Source: an uncultured Clostridia bacterium (GTDB lineage: Bacteria; Bacillota; Clostridia; TANB77; CAG-508). Taken from it: a DNA stretch of 61,359 bases. Numbering within the stretch: position 1 is the stretch's first letter; each line of letters starts with the position of its first letter. The stretch lies in assembly GCA_947629835.1 (NCBI GenBank), contig CANRFH010000003.1:1-61359 (forward strand), in the 5' to 3' direction. Below are positions 29,784-41,666 of the stretch, piece after piece. The notes under the pieces are model-generated. The model was given only the letters and a program-made list of their open reading frames with translations, ran no database searches and was not told the origin of the DNA. Made by a program: the position numbers and the translations under genes.

Positions 29784-30632
29784 TTATTTAGTTATTAAAT
29801 CAGTTTTATATAAAGAACAGATTTTACAATCAGTACAGATTTCATACCTATCTTCAAAGATAAGTTTTATTGTATTGATAAATTCATCTTCTTTATAATT
29901 TACTAAGTGAATTATAATCTTTTTAGGTGTTAAATTAAGTAAAGTATTAAGTGCATAATCATTAGAAGAAAAAGTTATATCAGATAAGTATTTAGCTTGA
30001 AATATAGCATCATCAGTTGGTATAACTTTTTTATCTATATCAAGTAATGTACTTTCTCCATTACAATAAACAAGATGTACAAGTGGGGAATTGAAGGGAG
30101 TGTATGCTACATACATTTTTAAAATATCAATAAACTCGTTATATTCTTTTTCTATCAAAAATTTATTAACAGAAATATCTATAATATAATCTAAATTTTT
30201 CATATAAGTTTGCAATCTAAAATTAACAAATCCATCTAATACAATAGATTTGTTTTCAGTGATATAATCTAAAAATGGGTAGTAAATTGAAAAATAATTA
30301 TCTTCACTAGATAAATCATCATCAGCTATAAAATCTTTTGCTAAGCTTAAAATTTTCTTTTTTTCACTGCTAGTAAAATAAAAGTAGTTATATTCAAGAA
30401 TTCTTTTGAGCAATTTTTCTTGATAAAATGTGATTATTGTATCAGTAAGTATAGATGCAACTCTATCATAGAAAAGTTCATAATCTGTCCCTACATAGTG
30501 AATAATAACATTATTATACACTTTGAAACGATTCTGAGAGATGTGTGCAGAGTCTAAATTTAAAGTAGATAAGTTTTGGAATAAAGAAGAAATAATATCT
30601 TCATTATTCGTTTTTATGCATAGAGATTTCAC
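29784..30632 (-). CDS. ytxC: Putative sporulation protein YtxC-like
   Basis: Size and overall pattern match YtxC-like proteins of Clostridia. Assignment is from memory of the family only. Confidence 0.45.
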   Translation of the reverse strand: MKSLCIKTNNEDIISSLFQNLSTLNLDSAHISQNRFKVYNNVIIHYVGTDYELFYDRVASILTDTIITFYQEKLLKRILEYNYFYFTSSEKKKILSLAKDFIADDDLSSEDNYFSIYYPFLDYITENKSIVLDGFVNFRLQTYMKNLDYIIDISVNKFLIEKEYNEFIDILKMYVAYTPFNSPLVHLVYCNGESTLLDIDKKVIPTDDAIFQAKYLSDITFSSNDYALNTLLNLTPKKIIIHLVNYKEDEFINTIKLIFEDRYEICTDCKICSLYKTDLITK

Positions 30633-30739
30633 TTAAAAAAAGACCCCTTTCAAATTGATAGTATGTATATTATTTACTAAAACCAAAATAGATATACATA
30701 TTATCTTATTCAAAAGAGGTCTTTTTGCAACTTGTATAA

Positions 30740-32332
30740 TTATATATATATTCTAAAATCAATATCAGGAAATATGGGGTCTTTCTCTGATATATCATTT
30801 AAAAAATTAATGTCAATGTTATTTTCTATAATTTGTTTATAAAGCTTATTAAATCTACCAACATGATCTTTAATCCTTCTTTTAGCATAATCTACCATCG
30901 TTCCATTTGTAATAATAAAGTTCCAATCACTACTTTGAGCAAGTAAAAGTTCTCTTGCACATTGATTTAGAGCCTTTACTTTTAGCTTATCTTTTTCATT
31001 TGCAAATTTATTTGCAAGTTCAACCATTCTGTCACAGCATTTGTGCATGTGTCTAATTGAGTAATCGTTAAGTTCATTTAACCAAACTTCACTGTAACCA
31101 TTTGCACCCCAACTAGAACGGCAAGGAGTAGATTGCTGCATTTCTGGATATTTATCAATATATTCAGAAGGTGTTATAAGTTTAAAGTTTGATTTATCAT
31201 AATAAATTTTCTTAAATAAAATATATAACCAATAAGGACCTTCATACCACCAATGTCCAAAGAGTTCAGCATCATAAGGACAAAGCACGATTGGTGGAGT
31301 TTGCATGTAATTTGAAAGATTAGTTATCTGGGCCTGTCTTGAATCAAAGAAATGACCTGCTTGTTTTTCGGCAGAATCCATTGCCCATTGCACATTATAA
31401 ATATCTTTATTTTCAGTTTTTCCTGTAATTCTATGATATTTTATGCCAGTATTAACTCTAACTCCGTTATATGCTATATATGGTTTAATATATTCATAAT
31501 CTGCATCATATCCAATATCTCTGTAAAATTCACGATAATTAAAATCTCCTGGGTATCCACAAACAGAGCTCCAAACTTGTCTAGAAGACTCTAAATCACG
31601 TCCAAAGGCGATAACACCACTCGGAGAAACAATAGGTGCAAAAGTACCATATACAGGTGTAGGATCTGCATATAAAATACCATGAGATTCACATATAAAG
31701 TATTCTATTCCAAATTCTTTTAAATATTTATCAATTTCAGGTACGTATCCACATTCAGGAAGCCAAATACCGCGTGGTTTTCTTCCAAAATATTTTTCAT
31801 ATGTTTGAACACCAACTGCAATTTGTGCGCGTACTGCTTTTTCATTAACATACAAGATAGGGGAGTATCCATGTGTTGCAGAACAAGCAATTATTTCAAG
31901 TACCCCGATATCTTGAAAGTGTTTAAATCCTTGAATTATATTACAATTATATTCATCTTTAAAAATATGTAAATCAGAAGAATATCTATCTAAATAATAT
32001 TTAGATAATACATTTATTCTTTCATCATATTTAGTTCTTATAACTTCTTTTTTACATAATTCAATATGTTTTTTTAAATAATTAATATATCTTTTTTGCA
32101 ATAATTTATTATCTAGCATAGAAAGAAGAGGAGGAGTAATAGACATAGTAATTCTAAAATCTACTTTTTCTTCCTCTAACTTTTTAAAATTTTCAAGTAA
32201 AGGTATATATGTTTCAGAAATAGCTTCAAAAAGCCATTCTTCTTCTAAATAATTTTCACTCTCTGGGTGGTGAACAAAAGGTAAGTGCGCATGTAAGACG
32301 AAACTTACATATCCTTTTAGGTTGTTAGTCAT
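30740..32332 (-). CDS. Glycoside hydrolase family 57 1,4-alpha-glucan branching enzyme-like (DUF1957)
   Basis: GYVSFVLHAHLPFV...ISITPPL...CATHGY.P...WLPECGY...DAELFGHWW. GH57 hallmarks are present. Confidence 0.85.
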   Translation of the reverse strand: MTNNLKGYVSFVLHAHLPFVHHPESENYLEEEWLFEAISETYIPLLENFKKLEEEKVDFRITMSITPPLLSMLDNKLLQKRYINYLKKHIELCKKEVIRTKYDERINVLSKYYLDRYSSDLHIFKDEYNCNIIQGFKHFQDIGVLEIIACSATHGYSPILYVNEKAVRAQIAVGVQTYEKYFGRKPRGIWLPECGYVPEIDKYLKEFGIEYFICESHGILYADPTPVYGTFAPIVSPSGVIAFGRDLESSRQVWSSVCGYPGDFNYREFYRDIGYDADYEYIKPYIAYNGVRVNTGIKYHRITGKTENKDIYNVQWAMDSAEKQAGHFFDSRQAQITNLSNYMQTPPIVLCPYDAELFGHWWYEGPYWLYILFKKIYYDKSNFKLITPSEYIDKYPEMQQSTPCRSSWGANGYSEVWLNELNDYSIRHMHKCCDRMVELANKFANEKDKLKVKALNQCARELLLAQSSDWNFIITNGTMVDYAKRRIKDHVGRFNKLYKQIIENNIDINFLNDISEKDPIFPDIDFRIYI

Positions 32333-32347
32333 TTGTAATTCCTCTTT

Positions 32348-33181
32348 CTATCTTTTAAACATAAATTCACCCGAAGTTGGGTTTGATATTGTATTTAATT
32401 CGTCATTATATAATTTACTATATATATCATAGACATTACCATATAGCTTGTCTATATCATTCATAAATTTTAGACTTCCGAAGTTTCTAGAAGATAAAAC
32501 ATTAGTCTTAACATTTCTAAATAAAATATTTCCTAAATCTGTTTTTTCAAATAATATATGGTCATTAGGAGAAACCATATTATTTGAAGAAGATATATGT
32601 ATATATTCTTCTGGTCTATTAAAATCTTTTCTTCCAAGCTCTATAACATAGTTGCAGTCTGGCTCTTGAGTTCTAATATACCAGCTATTTGCAAAGTCAT
32701 TTATTTCTATCTCAAAAGAATAATTTTTTGTTGTATTATGGACAATTAAGATAGGTTGAGTGCTAGAAAAAACATTATCTCCGTGCTGTTTTATTAAAGC
32801 TTCTCTATCTTGATCTGAGATATCCCAATAAACAAATAAAGTAGTTGGAGTCTGAGCAAGAATTTTAACAGTAGTTTGATTATATCTATATGGCAAGTCA
32901 TAATATTCTTCAAGCATAGGCTTTACCGTACTAGTTCTTCTTGTAGATGTAGCCTTTTTTGAAGCTACTTTTTTAGAGGTTGTGGCTTTTTTTGAAGAAG
33001 TAGTTTCTTTTTTAGTGCTTGCAACTTTTTTAGAAGTAGTTTTTTTAGTTTTTACAGAAGCTGTTTTCTTTTCGGCTACTTTTTTATCATCTTTCTTTTT
33101 AGATACTACTTTTTTTGTAACTTTAACTTTCTTCTTATCTTCAAGTTCTTTTTTAGAATTTTTATTAGACACTTTTGCCAT
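32348..33181 (-). CDS. DUF4912-like protein with a Lys/Ser/Thr-rich N-terminal tail
   Basis: ATG 33181 follows the SD ggagg. The C-terminal part (DLPYRYNQTTVKILAQTPTTLFVYWDIS) resembles DUF4912, which is commonly adjacent to GH57 branching enzymes. Confidence 0.6.
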   Translation of the reverse strand: MAKVSNKNSKKELEDKKKVKVTKKVVSKKKDDKKVAEKKTASVKTKKTTSKKVASTKKETTSSKKATTSKKVASKKATSTRRTSTVKPMLEEYYDLPYRYNQTTVKILAQTPTTLFVYWDISDQDREALIKQHGDNVFSSTQPILIVHNTTKNYSFEIEINDFANSWYIRTQEPDCNYVIELGRKDFNRPEEYIHISSSNNMVSPNDHILFEKTDLGNILFRNVKTNVLSSRNFGSLKFMNDIDKLYGNVYDIYSKLYNDELNTISNPTSGEFMFKR

Positions 33182-33358
33182 AAAAACCTCCAATCGAGCA
33201 ATAATTGCTCTTAATATCATTAGTTAATTTCACTCTTATATCATATATCAAAAAATAAATAAATTCAATATAAAAATAAAAAATGTTACAAATTTTGCTT
33301 TATTTTTTTATAAAAATATATTACAATATAATAAAGTAAAAATAATGGAGGGAAAAAT

Positions 33359-33868
33359 ATGTCATTTTTTAAAGAATTTAAGGAATTTGCAATGAAAGGA
33401 AATGTAATCGATTTAGCAGTCGGTGTTGTAATAGGAGGAGCTTTCCAAGGAATAGTAAATTCATTAGTAAAAGATATAATAATGCCAATTACAGGAATAT
33501 TTACAGGGAATGTAGATTATTCAAAATGGGTTATAACCTTAGCAAATGGAAATGTACAAATAGGAATCGGATCTTTCATAAATGCAATAATCAATTTCTT
33601 GATAATTGCTTTATCTATATTTATAGCATTAAAATATATCAATAAATTAAATAAAAAAATAGAAAAATTGAATGAAGAAGCAAGACATAAAATATTAAAA
33701 GAAAAGGATAAAAAAGAAGAAGCAGTAGAACCTACTGAAAAAACTTGTCCATATTGCTTATCAGAAATACCATATAAGGCAATAAAATGTGCACATTGTG
33801 GATCAGATTTAAGAGTAGAAATTGAGAATGTAGAAAAAGCCCAAGAATCTGAAAAAGTAGAAAATTAA
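33359..33868 (+). CDS. mscL: Large-conductance mechanosensitive channel MscL with a C-terminal Zn-ribbon extension
   Basis: [33 protein letters not shown], then a tail with CPYC...CAHC. Confidence 0.88.
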   Translation: MSFFKEFKEFAMKGNVIDLAVGVVIGGAFQGIVNSLVKDIIMPITGIFTGNVDYSKWVITLANGNVQIGIGSFINAIINFLIIALSIFIALKYINKLNKKIEKLNEEARHKILKEKDKKEEAVEPTEKTCPYCLSEIPYKAIKCAHCGSDLRVEIENVEKAQESEKVEN

Positions 33869-33872
33869 CTAG

Positions 33873-35018
<1,146 letters not shown>

Positions 35019-35029
35019 AAGGGGGATAA

Positions 35030-36541
35030 ATGATGCAGATAGAAACTGATCTTAACCAAATGAATAAAAAGAAAGGTCCGAAGATAACAACTGTTTTAAT
35101 CATTATGATGACAATAATTATAATTGCAGTTATTGGTGTTATTATCGCAATCTTATCTTTACAAGAACAACCATTAAGAGTTTCGATAGATGGTTTGCAA
35201 ACAGCTTTGCCAGCAGATACGTTTGTATTTGGCGAAAATGGGAAGATATATGTATCAATTAGAGATATTGCACAAAAACTAAACTATGAAGCACACAATG
35301 GTGAATATAAAGTAGATACGGAAGATACCAATAAAATGTATATAGAAGCAATTGACGAAACAGAAACAACATCATTTTATCTAAATTCTACAACTATAAG
35401 TAAAGTTGCTCCAAATACAACAGATAATTATATGAATATTGTAATTGACGAACCTATAATAGAAATGAATGGTAAAATGTATATAACATCAGAAGGTTTT
35501 ACACCAGCATTTAACTCAACATTTAGTTATAATAGCAGTAATAATACAATAACAATACAAACATTACCATATTTATATAACTATTATGCATCTATAATAA
35601 CAGAGTTAGGATGGGCAGAAATAAGTGAAGATTTTAACAATCAAAAAGCAATAGTTTATGGAATGATAGTCGCATCAAAAGAAAATACAGGAAAATATGG
35701 AGTTATATCTCTAACAGGAGATGAAATAATAAGCCCTAGATATGATAACATAGAATTTATAGAAAATGCCCAAGAATTCATAATAACAAATTCAAGCCAA
35801 AAGGTTGGAATAGTATATAGTACAGGAAATACAAAAATATCTGTATCTTATGATGAAATAAAAGTTATAGATAGTGATTTAGGTCTATATTTAGTAAAGA
35901 GCAATAATAAATATGGAATAGTAAATTCAGAAGAAGATTTAATCGTGCACATGGAGTATGATAAGATAGGAGTAGATACAACAATCTATCAAACAGATAA
36001 TATAACAAATTCGTATATATTATTTAACACGTACATCCCAGTAATGCAAAATCAAAAATGGGGACTATTTAATTTACAAGGACAAAAGATAGTAGAAACA
36101 GAATATGATGGATTAGGATGTGTGCCTAAGAATGTAAAAGATAAGGTAGTAAATAATACTTTATTAATAGAACCACAAAAAGTTGTTGTATTAGAAAAAG
36201 ACGAAAAATTTGGTGGAATAGATACAAAAGGAAATATGCTAATACCAGTAGCATTTGATGGAATATATTCTACAATAAGTGCTGGTGAAACTTCATATTA
36301 TCTTCTATATAATGAAAAAGAATATGATGCTGTTGAGTATATTCGATTAATAAAAGAACAATTAGGAATTGCCAACGAAGACGAAGAAGATGAAAATGAT
36401 GTTCAAGATACAAATACAGCAGTAGAGGATTCGAATTCTATGCAAAATAACGCAGAAACAAATGCAGAATCATCAAATGAAAATACTCCTACCGAAGCAT
36501 CAACTACTGAGCCTGAAAGTACTGAAAATACTGCCGAATAA
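35030..36541 (+). CDS. Membrane-anchored WG-repeat protein with an acidic C-terminal tail
   Basis: N-terminal TM helix. Repeated K(Y/W/F)G(x)(I/V/F)...G..I+...YD units: KYGVISLTGDEIISPRYD, KYGIVNSEEDLIVHMEYD, KWGLFNLQGQKIVETEYD and KFGGIDTKGNMLIPVAFD. Confidence 0.6.
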   Translation: MMQIETDLNQMNKKKGPKITTVLIIMMTIIIIAVIGVIIAILSLQEQPLRVSIDGLQTALPADTFVFGENGKIYVSIRDIAQKLNYEAHNGEYKVDTEDTNKMYIEAIDETETTSFYLNSTTISKVAPNTTDNYMNIVIDEPIIEMNGKMYITSEGFTPAFNSTFSYNSSNNTITIQTLPYLYNYYASIITELGWAEISEDFNNQKAIVYGMIVASKENTGKYGVISLTGDEIISPRYDNIEFIENAQEFIITNSSQKVGIVYSTGNTKISVSYDEIKVIDSDLGLYLVKSNNKYGIVNSEEDLIVHMEYDKIGVDTTIYQTDNITNSYILFNTYIPVMQNQKWGLFNLQGQKIVETEYDGLGCVPKNVKDKVVNNTLLIEPQKVVVLEKDEKFGGIDTKGNMLIPVAFDGIYSTISAGETSYYLLYNEKEYDAVEYIRLIKEQLGIANEDEEDENDVQDTNTAVEDSNSMQNNAETNAESSNENTPTEASTTEPESTENTAE

Positions 36542-36567
36542 TGTCAGTATAAAGTTACAAAAAAAGC

Positions 36568-36596
36568 TTGAAAATTTAATGAAAATATGCTATAAT
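36568..36596 (+). promoter_or_regulatory. SigA-type promoter driving the ncRNA
   Basis: TTGAAA, 17-nt spacer, TATAAT, with TG at the extended -10 position. Confidence 0.55.
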
Positions 36597-36603
36597 AAAT
36601 ATA

Positions 36604-36822
36604 ACATAAGAGATAAACAAAAATCCCTGCATGGTGCGTAACAAGAAGGAAATTTTAGAACCTACAAAGCAATGGATATGGGAGCTGAATCTCTGAATAT
36701 GGCGTGTATGCTTGCACAGGATTGATAGCAAGAAACCCACAAGTATTTGGGTAGGCACCCACCTGTATATATACAGGTCCATAAAATTTCTTAAGAACTA
36801 CGGCTAATGTGGGGGATTTTTA
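36604..36822 (+). ncRNA. ssrS: 6S RNA-like structured ncRNA
   Basis: No coding potential. The 5' AAAAUCCCUGCAUGGUG pairs with the 3' CUAAUGUGGGGGAUUUU to form a long closing stem. The end sequences resemble Bacillus 6S-1 (AAAGUCCUGAUGUG...CGGGGCUUU). About 190-220 nt; ends approximate. Confidence 0.5.
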
Positions 36823-36936
36823 TGTGAAGTTAGCAAAAAAGCTAGCTTTATTTTTTTATTATAATTTAAGAATATTATATTGGCAAAAAATGTAGTTTAT
36901 GATAAAATGCAAATATAAAAGAGGGGGATTGATTAT

Positions 36937-37866
36937 ATGAAAAAATTTTTATATGTTTTAATAATTTTAATAGTCATAACAGCTTGTGTGTTTGCTTATT
37001 TTTATTTTACTCAAGGAAGAACACAAACTCAAAATAGAGAAGATGAAACAACGCCTATATTTTCATTAACTAACTATCCAAAAGTGGATGCATCTCTTGC
37101 AACACAACCACTAACAACAGCTTTTATAAAAAACTTTACTGGAACAGAAAATATAGATGAAAATACATTAAACTATTCAAATACACATCCAGCATACGAG
37201 GAGCTAATAAATGATGAAGTAGATTTAATTGTTGTTACAGAACCATCTGATGAAGAACTAGCATTAGCTAGGGAAAAAAATGTAGAACTAGAAATAATAC
37301 CAGTTGTAAAAGAAGGATTTGTATTCTATGTTAATTCCTCTAATGAAGTTGAAAGTCTTACATTAGAACAAATTCAAAAAATATATACTGGAGAAATAAC
37401 AAATTGGTCAGAAGTAGGAGGAAAGAACGAAAAAATTAGGGCTTATCAAAGACCAACTAATTCAGGCAGTCAAACAGGAATGCTATCATTGGTTATGAAA
37501 AATTTGAAATTAATGGAACCATTAAAAGAAGATGTTGTAGATACAATGTACCAAATCATTAATTTAGTATCAAGTTATGATAATGGACAAAACTCAATAG
37601 GATATTCATATTACTATTATGCAACTACTATGTTCCAAGAAATAGATGCAAATATTGCAAATGGTATAAAGCTATTAGGAATAAATGGTGTAAAACCAAC
37701 AAATGAAACAATACATAATGGAAGCTATCCAATTCAAACAGCATATTATATTGTAATACGCAAAGATGAACCGGAAAATAGTAATACTAGAAAACTTGTA
37801 GATGCAATGCTGTCTGAAAGAGGCCAAAATGTCGCAAAGGAGGCTGGATATGTCTCAGTCAAATAA
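36937..37866 (+). CDS. PstS-family (PBP-like) substrate-binding lipoprotein/secreted protein
   Basis: N-terminal TM/signal segment; ATQPL...RPTNSGSQ...IGYSYYYY pattern of phosphate-binding-like proteins. Confidence 0.6.
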   Translation: MKKFLYVLIILIVITACVFAYFYFTQGRTQTQNREDETTPIFSLTNYPKVDASLATQPLTTAFIKNFTGTENIDENTLNYSNTHPAYEELINDEVDLIVVTEPSDEELALAREKNVELEIIPVVKEGFVFYVNSSNEVESLTLEQIQKIYTGEITNWSEVGGKNEKIRAYQRPTNSGSQTGMLSLVMKNLKLMEPLKEDVVDTMYQIINLVSSYDNGQNSIGYSYYYYATTMFQEIDANIANGIKLLGINGVKPTNETIHNGSYPIQTAYYIVIRKDEPENSNTRKLVDAMLSERGQNVAKEAGYVSVK

Positions 37867-39283
37867 AAATAGAGAAATTATCTTTTTAATAATTTTTATT
37901 CTTATTTGCATTTCAATAACAGCTATAGCTATATATTTTACAAATAAGACAAAGGGTAGTCTACAAGAGAATAATTATAATGATATAGATAGTGCAGCTA
38001 ATGTAGCTACTGAGGAAAAACAAAAAATTAAACCAGACGGTTTAGGAATAAAATCACTAGATGCAACATATAAGATGAATGCTCTAAAAATTAATAGAGA
38101 AACTTACCATTCAGAAGAAAAAACGGATGGAGAATTTTCATACTATCCGATTGAAGTAAATTATGTCAAAATAAATGGATTAAAAAACACTTCTATTCAG
38201 GATAAAATAAATGATGAAATAAGAGAAGTAGCATTATCTCAAGTAGATGAAAATGAATTAAATGCTAACAATGTAAGAAACATTACAGTAGAAGCTAGGT
38301 GTTATGCTAATTTCTCTAATGTATTGTCAATTTCAATACATAAATCTATATATTATTGGAATATCGAATCAAATATGCAAGAAAGTTTTATTTGTGGGCT
38401 AAATTATAATTTAAAAACAGGAGACAAATTAAAATTTACAGATTTATTTACAAATGATGCAGGAACTAAAAGTATAATTTCTAAAAGTGCATATATGACA
38501 TTTGCTAATGAATATTTAGAATATTTTGCAAATATAGAATCTCAAAGCTTGACAGAAGAAAATAAAAATGGAAATACAGCAACATGGGATGGAGATATGA
38601 ACAAAATTGATTATTCAAACATAGAAGACAGAACGTTTAAAATTCTCCAAAATTATGACAGAAATAATGAATATCCATTTTATTTTACTGAATCATATAT
38701 TTATGCATATATAAATAATGAAGAAATTATGATAAATATGAGAGATTTCTACAACCAAATTGCAATATATGACAGATATGCTAACTCAGAAGGACTTTTT
38801 GAAAGTCAAAATCAAAATCATTTTCTAGTATTTTCTAGAAATACTACATTTGACTTACCATATATATACACAAATGTACAGAAAATAGCAGATAATTTAT
38901 TTGTAGATTTAGAATTAAATTATTATGGTGAAGAAGAAAAATTAAATTATGAAAATAATCCAAAAGTATTAGAAGGTATACAAAGCCTAGAATCAATGGT
39001 AGAAGAATGCAAAGAATATCTAAAACAAAATAGTGATAAAGCAATTGTACTTAATGTTAATAAAGAATATGATGATGAAAGCAATACTATAAAAGATGTG
39101 TGGACCTTAAAAGCAGTAATGAGTAAAGATTATTTTAATGATACATATTTAGATAGAGTTGTAGAATATGAACAAATAGGTTCAGGACGACCATCAGCAG
39201 AAATTGAAAAATTAGATGATTTATTAACAAAAGATAGTGAAAACAATAAAAATATTAGCTTAGATGCTCAGTATGCAGAATAA
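37850..39283 (+). CDS. Membrane-anchored DUF4163/DUF3298-like (RsiV/PdaC-like) protein
   Basis: ATG 37850 follows the SD aggagg and overlaps the upstream stop. TM helix. The VNYVKINGLKNTSIQDKINDEIRE pattern is typical of DUF4163. Confidence 0.5.
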   Translation: MSQSNKNREIIFLIIFILICISITAIAIYFTNKTKGSLQENNYNDIDSAANVATEEKQKIKPDGLGIKSLDATYKMNALKINRETYHSEEKTDGEFSYYPIEVNYVKINGLKNTSIQDKINDEIREVALSQVDENELNANNVRNITVEARCYANFSNVLSISIHKSIYYWNIESNMQESFICGLNYNLKTGDKLKFTDLFTNDAGTKSIISKSAYMTFANEYLEYFANIESQSLTEENKNGNTATWDGDMNKIDYSNIEDRTFKILQNYDRNNEYPFYFTESYIYAYINNEEIMINMRDFYNQIAIYDRYANSEGLFESQNQNHFLVFSRNTTFDLPYIYTNVQKIADNLFVDLELNYYGEEEKLNYENNPKVLEGIQSLESMVEECKEYLKQNSDKAIVLNVNKEYDDESNTIKDVWTLKAVMSKDYFNDTYLDRVVEYEQIGSGRPSAEIEKLDDLLTKDSENNKNISLDAQYAE

Positions 39284-39290
39284 AAATCAA

Positions 39291-39328
39291 AAGAATAAAG
39301 CCTGCTTAAAAAGCGGGCTTTATTCTTT
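39291..39328. terminator. Bidirectional terminator
   Basis: aagaataaagcc.gc / gcgggctttattctt. Confidence 0.6.
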
Positions 39329-39331
39329 TGA

Positions 39332-40560
39332 TTATCTTAATAAATTAAACCAAGTATCATAAAGATTAGTTGTCATATTGATTAAATCTAATTTCTTAAC
39401 CGTTTCACTTGCAACAATATTTACAGTCTTTAAAACTTCGTCGCCAATAGAATATGTCGCAGTTCCAAGTATATCTCCTTCATTAACTGGTGCATTTATT
39501 TTTTCATTAAAGGAAATATTTTGAACAATTTGATTAGATTTAGATTTTGAAATAAATAGAGATGCATCATCTCCCATAATAGCATTTATCTCACTTTTAA
39601 CTCCCTTATCAACAGTTATTGTACCAACAATGTCACCCTTATTTCCAAAAGATACATTTGAAAAATTAGCAAAACCATAATTCAATAGCTTTTGCGCTTC
39701 TTGAAATCTAATATCAGTGCTTGGAGAATGCATAATTACAGCAATTAGTGATAAGCCATCTCTTGTTGCACTTGCAGATAAGTTATATAATGCAAGAGAA
39801 GTAGAACCAGTTTTTAGTCCAGTGCAACCGTTATAATTTCTAACAAGTTTATTTGTATTTACAAGAGAAGTTTCTCCGGTTTCTTAAACTATCCATATAG
39901 ATTGTTGTATAGTTAGTTATACTTGGGTGCTTATTTAAAAGTTCTTTAGACATTAAAGCAATATCATAGCTAGAAGTAATATGACCATCTTCGTCAAGTC
40001 CATGGCAATTCCTAAATGCAGTATCACGCATACCTAATTCCTTAGCTTTATTATTCATACGACTTACAAATTCTTCTTCTGAACCTGCAATAAATTCTGC
40101 CATTGCAACAACACAATCATTTGCAGAGTTTAAGCAAATTGCTTTTAGCATTTCGTCTACTGTCAAAGTTTCATTTTCTTCAAGCCAAATTTGAGAACCT
40201 CCCATAGATGCAGCATTACTTGAACAAGTAACTGTATCAGTAAGAGAAATTTCGCCGATTATCTATTGCCTCCATTATCAAAAGAAGAGACATAACTTTT
40301 GTAACACTTGCTGGTCTAAAAGTATCATGAGCATTATGCTGATAAAGAACAGTTCCAGTAGTTTGTTCTATAAGTATAGCACCTCCAGATTCTAGCGCTA
40401 AATCAGTATTATTTTCAGATACAGTTTCCAATAAATCAATATTAGAAGTATCAGACCAAATATATGAGCTTGGTGTAGTAGCATAAGAATAATTAAAGCA
40501 AAAGCAAAAGCAAATTAAAATTATGCAAGATATAAAAAATAATATTTTTTTACTATACAT
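39332..40560 (-). CDS. D-alanyl-D-alanine carboxypeptidase (S11, DacB/DacF-like); two +1 shifts at CGG
   Basis: ATG 40560 follows the SD ggaggg, then a signal peptide. PASVTKVMSLLLIMEAIDN|GEISLTD (SxxK), SANDC (SxN), MDSLRN|GETSLVNTNKL...GLKTGST (KTG), then the PBP5 C-terminal domain. Confidence 0.88.
39876..39878 (-). other. In-frame CGG, +1 recoding site (dac 2/2)
   Basis: aac CGG a on the minus strand; MDSLRN|GETSLVNTNKL. Confidence 0.8.
40255..40257 (-). other. In-frame CGG, +1 recoding site (dac 1/2)
   Basis: aat CGG c on the minus strand; IMEAIDN|GEISLTD. Confidence 0.8.
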
Positions 40561-40783
40561 ATAACCCTCCATAAAACCTATTTGTCTAATTAGAAGATAT
40601 GAGGAAAAGTAAAAAATATGATAGAAATATGAAAAAATACTTGCTTTTACTATATAATCTGTGTTATAATCTATAAGGTTATAAAATAGACACATAAGAC
40701 TAGTCTGTAAAAAGTGCTTTAATAAAGTCTTTACAGGTGTTTGAAATCTTATGGATGTTAAAACTAAAAGGAGGAATAAAATT

Positions 40784-41617
40784 ATGGCAGTAGTTGCAAT
40801 GAAACAATTACTTGAAGCAGGTGTTCATTTCGGACATCAAACAAGAAGATGGGATCCTAAAATGGCAGAATATATCTACCAAGCAAGAAATGGTATCCAC
40901 ATCATTGACTTACAAAAGACTTCTAAAAAAATTGATGAAGCTTACGCTTTTATCAAAGAAAGAGTAGAAGAAGGAGAAACAGTTCTATTTGTAGGAACTA
41001 AAAAACAAGCACAAGAATGCATGAAAGAAGCTGCAATTTCTTGTGGAATGTACTATGTAGATCAAAGATGGTTAGGTGGAATGCTAACAAACTTTGAAAC
41101 TATCAAAAAGAGAGTTGAAAGACTTAAAAAATTAGAAACAATGCAAGAAGATGGAACTTTCGAAGTATTACCTAAAAAAGAAGTTATAGGTTTAAGAAAA
41201 GAAATGGAAAAACTAGAAAGAAACCTTGGTGGAATTAAAGAAATGGAAAGTTTACCAGGAGTTATATTCATAGTTGATCCTAAAAAAGAAAGAACAGCTA
41301 TATTAGAAGCTAAAAAATTAAGAATACCAGTAGTTGGTTTAGTTGATACAAATTGTAGTCCAGAAGATATTGATTATCCAATACCAGGAAATGATGACGC
41401 AATACGTTCAGTTAAACTTATAGCAACAGTTATGGCTAATGCTGTTATAGAAGGAAAACAAGGAGAAGTATTATCATTAGACGAGCAAATGGCAGAAACA
41501 GAAGAAACTCCAAGTGAGCCTGAGAAAGAAGAAAAAAAGAAAAAAGAAGATAAAAAAGTAGAAGAAGTTAAAGAAGAACCTAAAAAAGAAGAAAAAGCTG
41601 AGTCTGAAGAAGAATAA
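40784..41617 (+). CDS. rpsB: 30S ribosomal protein S2 with a Lys/Glu-rich C-terminal extension
   Basis: [21 protein letters not shown]; the tail is [31 protein letters not shown]. Confidence 0.95.
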   Translation: MAVVAMKQLLEAGVHFGHQTRRWDPKMAEYIYQARNGIHIIDLQKTSKKIDEAYAFIKERVEEGETVLFVGTKKQAQECMKEAAISCGMYYVDQRWLGGMLTNFETIKKRVERLKKLETMQEDGTFEVLPKKEVIGLRKEMEKLERNLGGIKEMESLPGVIFIVDPKKERTAILEAKKLRIPVVGLVDTNCSPEDIDYPIPGNDDAIRSVKLIATVMANAVIEGKQGEVLSLDEQMAETEETPSEPEKEEKKKKEDKKVEEVKEEPKKEEKAESEEE

Positions 41618-41666
41618 TTTTTAACATATAAAAATAAATGTTAGAAAAAGTAAAGGAGAGATAAAA

